Shown piece by piece: positions 18,505 to 24,726 of a stretch of 28,296 bases of DNA (its first letter is position 1; every line of letters begins with the position of its first letter). The notes beneath the pieces are model-generated. The model was not told the origin of the DNA, did no database searches, and saw only the letters and a program-made list of their open reading frames with translations. The position numbers and the translations under genes are program-made. This DNA comes from a virus (lineage: Duplodnaviria > Caudoviricetes): positions 1-28,296 of IMG/VR virus record IMGVR_UViG_3300030372_000439, one strand, 5' to 3'.

Positions 18505-18908
18505 CGGTAATTCCTATAATCTATTTTTTTAAGTAACGATAATTCTTTTTTAAGTTCTGCTCTTTTCGTTGACTTAGGAGGGTACTTAGATATTTCTAAC
18601 AGTATACGAGCTTGGTTTTGTTTCTCTTGTAAGTATGGAAGACAAAGAGATACACAGTTTCTCGCATTATCACCATAGGCTCTCCACTCATAAGTAGCTC
18701 TCCATTGATCCTTATGGTTAGAACGCATACGTTTTTTAAAAGTTCCTTTAAACATTCCTTTGAACCATATTAAAGTTTTAGGATAACAATTGATAATACT
18801 AACTTTAGGTGTATTGCAGTATTGAAAACATCCCTCTCCATCTAGATACCCTGCTGCATAAGCAAGCTGTATTTCGTCAATGTGTCTCTGCCCAGTTTCT
18901 ACCCACAT
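18501..18908 (-). CDS. Free-standing single-motif LAGLIDADG homing endonuclease
   Basis: LAYAAGYLDGEGCF motif, Y.W and LPYL.EK..QA. ATG at 18908 with CAGGAG RBS, overlapping the last codons of the DNA polymerase gene. Confidence 0.8.
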   Translation of the reverse strand: MWVETGQRHIDEIQLAYAAGYLDGEGCFQYCNTPKVSIINCYPKTLIWFKGMFKGTFKKRMRSNHKDQWRATYEWRAYGDNARNCVSLCLPYLQEKQNQARILLEISKYPPKSTKRAELKKELSLLKKIDYRNYR

Positions 18909-20718
18909 TGTATTCTCCTGTGAGTGGACATTTAAGTTCGTAATTTCGTCCTGCCAATTCAATCCCTGAAACTCCTGCTTTTCCTGTGACATGAGCTATC
19001 TCCTTTGTTGTACAAGCCAACTGAACCTCATCGTGTATGTGTGCTACCTGGGCAACTTCCATCAGTAATTTATTTTTCATAAGAATAGCCCACATATTTA
19101 TAGTAGCGTCCTTCATTACCACCGCACCTGCTGATTGCAATAAAGTATTCAAAGCACTATGAGCCGATCTGCAAGGTAATTTTCTACCATCTAAACCCTC
19201 TAAGTATCCCTTAGTTTTTACTTTGTATTCTACTAAAGTTCTTAGTTTTTTAAGAGCAGGAATCTTTGAGTAAAATTTATTTTGTAATTCTTTCCCATCC
19301 TTCGCTGATCCATTAATAATTTTACCCAAACGAGTAGGACCAGCACCATAACACAACGCATAGATCATAGTCTTAGCTTGACTTCTAGAAGACAACCCAG
19401 CAGCGTTTTTATTTAATGTGTGTATATCTCCCTCACAAACTTCTCTCGAATACGCTCCCTCATCAAAATAAGCCATAAAGTGACCTAACATTCTTAGCTC
19501 CAAACCACTAGCATCCCAGCCACATAAATACTTGTAACCTATTGGTGGCACAAAAAGCTCACGGCATTGTTTGCCAAAGGGTACATTTATCGCAGGTACT
19601 TGTCCTAAGTTCGGACTGTTATGTGTGCATCTACCTGTAACTGCTCCATTGGTATTTACACGACCATGTATGGCTGATGTAATTTCATTGTAAGCTGTCA
19701 TCCAAGATTGTTTTCCTTCGGCTAGTTGACCTAATCTTTTACTAACTGTTAAATACTTACAGAGAATCTCAGCTTCTTCGTAGGGTAAAGCCTTGAGAAT
19801 TGATTCGTCTATCTTAGGTTGACCACTTGGTGTGTAGGCTTCAGGCTTCCAGTTGTACTTATTGATTAAACATTTAGCAATCTGATCTCTAGACCCTGGA
19901 TTAAACGGAATGATTTTCTTTTTGTTGTCTCCTCTAAAAATAGAACTATCACGATGACCATCTTGTTTAGCTAAAGATTTTGTCTTGTAGTGAACCTTAT
20001 GTCCTCCACAAAGTACATACCAAAAAGATGGTGTCTTCATTTCTATAATGGTAGGAGGAAAAATATCTTGCAGTTGTTCTTCGTAGCCTGCTTTATGTTG
20101 TAACAAAGTAGCATGTAACTCTTGAGCTTTCTTTAGGTCAAACCCAAAGCCAGTCTTCTCCTGATGACGAATGATTTCTGCAAAGCAATGTTCAAGTTCT
20201 ACCGATTCATTCGTAAGGTGTTCTCTCTCGATCTCCTTCCATAACTTACAAGTAACCTCAACGTCCTGCATACAATACTCATTCATCTCTGGAGTCCACT
20301 CATCGAAATCTGTAAAGTCACCTTTGTGTAAACTTAAACGATGACCCCACGCTTTGAGAGAATGACTACCTATAAGTTCTCTAGGAAATTTTTTTCGTTT
20401 CCAATCATCGTCTCCAAGATCAGACCAACATAACCTAGACATGAGTAAAGTATCTCTAAGCATCCCATGAAATTTAAACTCAGGACATACTCTTTTAATT
20501 GCAGGTATATCAAACTGATGGGCATTGTGTCCAACAATAATGTCTGCATGTTGTAACCTATCTATACCTTCAAGTATGTTGTCTTGGCTAGTGTCGTACA
20601 CCTTAACTTCATCTTCAGTAACGTCTTTTATAGCAAGACAATGAATAGTGTGTACATCGGTAAGATTCAACCAGTCTTCTATGGGATTGGTTTCGATATC
20701 AAATATTAGTGTATGCAT
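18877..20718 (-). CDS. Family A DNA polymerase (T7 gp5-like) with 3'-5' exonuclease
   Basis: FDIET, GHN...FDIP, SHSLKAWG.RL, YC.QDV, motif A DASGLELR, motif B RSQAKTMIYALCYG and motif C HDEVQ. Confidence 0.97.
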   Translation of the reverse strand: MHTLIFDIETNPIEDWLNLTDVHTIHCLAIKDVTEDEVKVYDTSQDNILEGIDRLQHADIIVGHNAHQFDIPAIKRVCPEFKFHGMLRDTLLMSRLCWSDLGDDDWKRKKFPRELIGSHSLKAWGHRLSLHKGDFTDFDEWTPEMNEYCMQDVEVTCKLWKEIEREHLTNESVELEHCFAEIIRHQEKTGFGFDLKKAQELHATLLQHKAGYEEQLQDIFPPTIIEMKTPSFWYVLCGGHKVHYKTKSLAKQDGHRDSSIFRGDNKKKIIPFNPGSRDQIAKCLINKYNWKPEAYTPSGQPKIDESILKALPYEEAEILCKYLTVSKRLGQLAEGKQSWMTAYNEITSAIHGRVNTNGAVTGRCTHNSPNLGQVPAINVPFGKQCRELFVPPIGYKYLCGWDASGLELRMLGHFMAYFDEGAYSREVCEGDIHTLNKNAAGLSSRSQAKTMIYALCYGAGPTRLGKIINGSAKDGKELQNKFYSKIPALKKLRTLVEYKVKTKGYLEGLDGRKLPCRSAHSALNTLLQSAGAVVMKDATINMWAILMKNKLLMEVAQVAHIHDEVQLACTTKEIAHVTGKAGVSGIELAGRNYELKCPLTGEYNVGRNWAETH

Positions 20719-21602
20719 GATTCCTCCTTGATGGTTTTTAAAATAGCTTCACCTATAAGCATAGGTATTTGTGGTACTACACTATTACCTAAGGCTTTAA
20801 TTCTGTGTGACCTATTGGGTATCCCATGAGCCACTCGACCCAATTCGGGTTCAACGTCCCAGACTTCCATTGTTCTGGTGTTTCTCCTCTCACCTCCTTG
20901 CAATTCCCTAGCATTCGTTGCATTTTCCCCGCTGGCGTTCCCGCTGCATCCTCGTTCGCTGTTGGAGTTGGAAACATCTTGTTCGGAGGTGGATAAACCA
21001 CTTGCTCCCTCAACGTTGAATGAGTCGTTCGACCCTTCCGATTCTTTCGATATTGTTTCTCCAATGCCTCTGGACTCCTTACTGGTAAACTGTCCATTGC
21101 ATTCGGAGTTAGCAATAATCCAGACCCGTTCTCTTTTGTGCTTTGCACCGATGCTACTCGCTGAAATACTAAACGTCCTTGCGGAGTAACCTTCACTCTC
21201 CAAGTTATCGAGTACGGTGTCGAGACCGAGTTTAATATGTCCACTAACGTTCTCTCCAATAACCCAAGACGGTCTACACTCTTTGACAAGTCTAAACATT
21301 TCTCCCCAGAGGTGTCTTTCGTCTCTCTCCCCAGCTTGTTTACCTGCGACTGAGAAAGGTTGGCAAGGGAAGCCACCTGCGATAATGTCTGGTCGAACAA
21401 TTCCATCGGCTTTAAGTTTTTCATAAGTTAGTTCCTTTACATCTGAATAAATAGGTACATGTGACCAATGCTTTTTTAAAACTTGTTGAGGAAACTTTTC
21501 AATCTCACAGAAAGCTACCGTTTCAAATCCACCAGTCCACTCTAGACCTAAACTAAATCCACCAATACCAGAAAACAAATCTAATACTTTTAATTTATTC
21601 AT
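20706..21602 (-). CDS. C5 cytosine DNA methyltransferase, main (alpha) polypeptide with motifs I-VIII and X
   Basis: LDLFSGIGG (I), GGFPCQPFS (IV), ENVSG (VI), HKRERVWI (VIII) and ALGNSVVP (X). No motif IX is recognisable in this frame. Confidence 0.93.
   Translation of the reverse strand: MNKLKVLDLFSGIGGFSLGLEWTGGFETVAFCEIEKFPQQVLKKHWSHVPIYSDVKELTYEKLKADGIVRPDIIAGGFPCQPFSVAGKQAGERDERHLWGEMFRLVKECRPSWVIGENVSGHIKLGLDTVLDNLESEGYSARTFSISASSIGAKHKRERVWIIANSECNGQFTSKESRGIGETISKESEGSNDSFNVEGASGLSTSEQDVSNSNSERGCSGNASGENATNARELQGGERRNTRTMEVWDVEPELGRVAHGIPNRSHRIKALGNSVVPQIPMLIGEAILKTIKEESCIH
20789..21424 (-). CDS. Nested alternative-frame polypeptide of the methyltransferase (beta subunit carrying motif IX); exact start uncertain
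   Basis: 211-codon open frame lying wholly inside the MTase gene on the same strand. Ends in LNPNWVEWLMGYP.GHT (motif IX-like E..MG(F/Y)P) and contains LLTP/FPTP segments. Confidence 0.75.
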   Translation of the reverse strand: MKNLKPMELFDQTLSQVASLANLSQSQVNKLGRETKDTSGEKCLDLSKSVDRLGLLERTLVDILNSVSTPYSITWRVKVTPQGRLVFQRVASVQSTKENGSGLLLTPNAMDSLPVRSPEALEKQYRKNRKGRTTHSTLREQVVYPPPNKMFPTPTANEDAAGTPAGKMQRMLGNCKEVRGETPEQWKSGTLNPNWVEWLMGYPIGHTELKP

Positions 21603-21804
21603 GGTTCATCATTATCCTTGTCGGGTTTTGTTCCAACCATTCTTGAATAATTGGATCGTCTTCTAGTTGATCTCTTAATCTTCTCAACATTCGTTTGTGC
21701 AGATCATGGCAACCTTGAGCCGTAATAGAAGTACCTTGCTCACTTTCAGACTCCGTAATAATCTCAGCAATCTCTTTCCAAGTTAAGTGTCTACCCTGAT
21801 CCAA
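21595..21804 (-). CDS. Small protein resembling the sigma70 region 4 HTH
   Basis: LTWKEIAEII...ITAQGCHDLHKRMLRRLRDQL resembles the region-4 pattern LT..EI...(S)...(V)......AL.KLR. GGAGG RBS. Confidence 0.55.
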   Translation of the reverse strand: MDQGRHLTWKEIAEIITESESEQGTSITAQGCHDLHKRMLRRLRDQLEDDPIIQEWLEQNPTRIMMNHE

Positions 21805-22150
21805 GTAAAGCCTCCACCTTGTTCCAATATTTTAAAGTTGCTTTTTTGGTATGACCCTTGGGTCCACCATTATGTATCCTTGCTAATGTTTCTAAAGAAC
21901 AATCAGGCTTGGCGTAGCGATCCCAGTACGACATCATAATCCACTCTGAGTAATGTTGTTTCTTACAGTCTTGATACGACCCACCAATTTCTGGATGGTG
22001 CATAATCGCATCTTGCCAGTAGGCTTTTGATATCTGGTAAGGACCAATACTTAAACCACCATCACCTACTGCTTCTGCTGGATTCTTTTCTCCACCAGTT
22101 TCAACTTGTCGGATCGCTTCAAAAAGGGATCGAGGATATTGCATGTACAT
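21791..22150 (-). CDS. Invertebrate-type (destabilase-like) lysozyme; putative endolysin
   Basis: AIRQVETGG...GDGGLSIGPYQISKAYWQDA...YQDC...YWDRYA...ARIHNGGPKG..K.ATLKYWNKV. ATG at 22150 follows a purine-rich AGGA tract. The ORF-track extension to 22405 is probably not translated. Confidence 0.8.
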   Translation of the reverse strand: MYMQYPRSLFEAIRQVETGGEKNPAEAVGDGGLSIGPYQISKAYWQDAIMHHPEIGGSYQDCKKQHYSEWIMMSYWDRYAKPDCSLETLARIHNGGPKGHTKKATLKYWNKVEALLGSG

Positions 22151-23747
22151 CTTCCTGTTCCTGTGGACTCCAATCAACTCCACCTTGTTCTGTAAGTCTT
22201 CCTGTTGTTTTATCATACCTGAGTTTACAGGCGTATCCAACTGTTCCGCTATGTCTGTTTTTAAGGACATGTATACTGGTGGTGTTTCCATGTTCTTCAT
22301 CGGTAACATTTCTGGAACAGGAAATAATTTGGTCGGCAACATGTGCAATACTGCTAGACCCCCTAAGAGCATTAATACTAACATCCATTCCATCTTCATA
22401 GCCACGGTCTCCTGTGGGTCGTTTTAGCTGTGACACCAAGAATAAAGTTATACCTAATTCTTCAACAAGCATTCTTAGTTTCGTCACCGCCACGTCTATA
22501 AGTTTTCTCTCGTTATCTCCTTCAATACCTGAGACTACTATAGACAAGTGATCTAAAAACAAATGAGAACACCCCATCTGTCTATGCATATATCGGATCT
22601 TTGACAGTAAGTTCTCAAATTGAATTGACCCAAAATGGTCATAAAGTGCTAATTTTTTATCAAAGTTTGCATCGTGGAATGCTTCCGATAATTCTTCATC
22701 GGTAAACTTATGGTGATATGGTGCTGAATTTAGGTGCAACCCAATCATTCCCCTAACTGTTATAGCTATAGATTCTTCCAAAGCAATGTACCCTACGTTC
22801 TTGTCATTCTTAATTAACCAATAAGCTAACTCACGACACACCGAACTTTTACCAACACCTGTTCCTGCACAGAGAACAACCATAGAATGTTGATGGATAC
22901 CATGAGTTAAATCTTGTAGTCCTTGCCAAGGGTAAGGGACTGATTCAACTTCTTTGTCTTCTAATAATCTTTGTATGAGTTCATCACCACTTACAATACC
23001 ATCTGGTCTATACACTTTGGCATCGTAAATAGCAGACACTAACTCTTTAATGTTGCCTTCCATAAGACATTCATTAGCGTCTTTGTTTGGTAGACCTGTT
23101 ACGATCTTTGCTTTCCCTGGTTCTAACAACAAAGCACATTCACTCGCTGCTTCTCTTCCAGGTTTATCATCATCAAAACATATAACAATAGAATCAAATG
23201 TAGATAAAAACTCTATGTGTTTCTTAAATGTTTTAGAAGCTGAATTAGCTCCATGACTAAGAGACACTACACTAGCTTTTCCATTGAAGGCTTGAGCAAT
23301 ACTAAGAGCATCGAGTTCGCCTTCTGATACAATCAGAAAACGCCCACCTTCTCGGCACATATGTTGACCAAAAAACCCGATGCCCTCAGTATCACCTACC
23401 CAAGAAAACTTCTTCCCTTCAAGTCGTAACTTCTGAGCTACCACTTCTCCCTCTGGATTCTTATAGTTAGCTATATGACAAAACTTACCTTTGTATTGTC
23501 CTACTTGATAGCCAAACTTCCTGCATATATCTTCAGATATACCTCTAGTTTTTAAATGTTTATACTCCCCCTCAATAATTCCTTTTATTTCTTTAGTAAC
23601 AGTCACAAGTTCTCCTTCATTTGATTTCCAGTTACCACACCCAAAACAATACGAATGGTCTGTGTATACTGCTTTGTTATCTTTCGATCCACAATCTTCA
23701 CAAGATTCATGTCGTAGGAACGAGGAAGAATTCAATTCGTGGTCCAT
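22119..23747 (-). CDS. Primase-helicase (T7 gp4-like)
   Basis: Zn ribbon CEDC...CFGC, TOPRIM EGELDAL / FDDD.PG, Walker A AGTGVGKS, FLDHLS, LRGS..I and KNR. ATG at 23747 with GGGAGG RBS. Confidence 0.96.
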   Translation of the reverse strand: MDHELNSSSFLRHESCEDCGSKDNKAVYTDHSYCFGCGNWKSNEGELVTVTKEIKGIIEGEYKHLKTRGISEDICRKFGYQVGQYKGKFCHIANYKNPEGEVVAQKLRLEGKKFSWVGDTEGIGFFGQHMCREGGRFLIVSEGELDALSIAQAFNGKASVVSLSHGANSASKTFKKHIEFLSTFDSIVICFDDDKPGREAASECALLLEPGKAKIVTGLPNKDANECLMEGNIKELVSAIYDAKVYRPDGIVSGDELIQRLLEDKEVESVPYPWQGLQDLTHGIHQHSMVVLCAGTGVGKSSVCRELAYWLIKNDKNVGYIALEESIAITVRGMIGLHLNSAPYHHKFTDEELSEAFHDANFDKKLALYDHFGSIQFENLLSKIRYMHRQMGCSHLFLDHLSIVVSGIEGDNERKLIDVAVTKLRMLVEELGITLFLVSQLKRPTGDRGYEDGMDVSINALRGSSSIAHVADQIISCSRNVTDEEHGNTTSIHVLKNRHSGTVGYACKLRYDKTTGRLTEQGGVDWSPQEQEDVHAISSIPF

Positions 23748-24084
23748 TCTCGTCCTCCCATCTTTTTTCAGCATGTACCCTAACTATCTGTCGGTCATCT
23801 TCATACAGGATTCCATTGGCACAGTCAAATAAAGCCTTGCAATAATTATCAATATCACCGTTTGGTTTATCTAACTTCGTACTCTTAGGTTTCTTGCAAT
23901 AAAACCATACGAAGACTTCTAGGGGACAAGAAAAAGGTTTCCCTAATTCCTTGTATCCCCTAAGAAAATCTTCGGCTTCTTTACGAAATGCTGTATATTT
24001 TTTGCCGTAATACACACGAAATTTTGTAAGTCTTGGTCTAGTCGCAACTTGTGGTGCAATAGGAAATGTATACAGCTTAGACAT
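23707..24084 (-). CDS. rusA: RusA-family Holliday junction resolvase
   Basis: RPR at the N-terminus. DIDNYCKALFDCANGILYEDDRQIV....KRW matches the RusA catalytic D.DN..K...D signature. Confidence 0.88.
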   Translation of the reverse strand: MSKLYTFPIAPQVATRPRLTKFRVYYGKKYTAFRKEAEDFLRGYKELGKPFSCPLEVFVWFYCKKPKSTKLDKPNGDIDNYCKALFDCANGILYEDDRQIVRVHAEKRWEDENGPRIEFFLVPTT

Positions 24085-24716
24085 TAGAACGGCATATCGT
24101 CTGAAAAATCTTCAGTCGATCCTTTACTATCATCTGTAGAGGCTATAGCTTCAAATCCATCTTCTTCATTAAAACCAAATCCTGAACCTGAACCTCCACC
24201 ATATTCAATAAGTTCAAGTATCTGTACGGCTTTAGGTCTTAGACTTAAACCACAACCAAGAGCAGGAGCATACCAAGTGTAGACTTCATAACCAATACGA
24301 ACAATAGAACCTGATCCAACCTTAGGTCTGTTCTCACTTGTGAGTACATTGTTTTTCGCATCGTATAAAATTGGACGTTGAGTTCCTTCTTTACCGTCCC
24401 TGGATTTCCACTTGGCTTTTAGTTTAAACTTAAAGTCCCACTCATCAGTCTTCTCTCCGTTCTCGTCCGTCACCTCTTCGCATGGGAAAGAATGTTTCTT
24501 CAATTTTTTCTTCCCCTGTTCTTTCAAACATTCGTTGTAGTGCTTCTCAAAGATATCTTCAAGAGAAACAATAATCTTATCTGCATCATCTGCATTCAAC
24601 CTTAGATTTATTTTATATTCTCCATCAGGATTAAACTTACGGTCTGGCTCAGTTAGCCAAGGGTATATAGCTTTTCCTTTTGGTGTGGTCAGGTGTGGGA
24701 ATTTCTTACGATTCAT
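24084..24716 (-). CDS. Single-stranded DNA-binding protein (T7 gp2.5-like)
   Basis: TTPKG.A.YPWL.EPD..F...GEYK, FKFK.K, G.GS and G.SLR.KAVQILEL.EY motifs, plus an acidic tail ending in F. ATG at 24716 with AAGGAGGT RBS. Confidence 0.93.
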   Translation of the reverse strand: MNRKKFPHLTTPKGKAIYPWLTEPDRKFNPDGEYKINLRLNADDADKIIVSLEDIFEKHYNECLKEQGKKKLKKHSFPCEEVTDENGEKTDEWDFKFKLKAKWKSRDGKEGTQRPILYDAKNNVLTSENRPKVGSGSIVRIGYEVYTWYAPALGCGLSLRPKAVQILELIEYGGGSGSGFGFNEEDGFEAIASTDDSKGSTEDFSDDMPF

Positions 24717-24726
24717 GTTTACCTCC

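Noticed and set aside
18877-18992. Intron or intein interrupting DNA polymerase
   Set aside because: The polymerase is continuous, with all motifs and a normal W.ETH end, and the LAGLIDADG ORF has its own RBS/ATG.
22151-22405. N-terminal hydrophobic extension of the lysozyme ORF (possible signal/SAR sequence)
   Set aside because: It lies wholly within the conserved helicase coding region in another frame. A start with an RBS-like tract at 22150 gives a complete ~119-aa domain. Not fully excluded.
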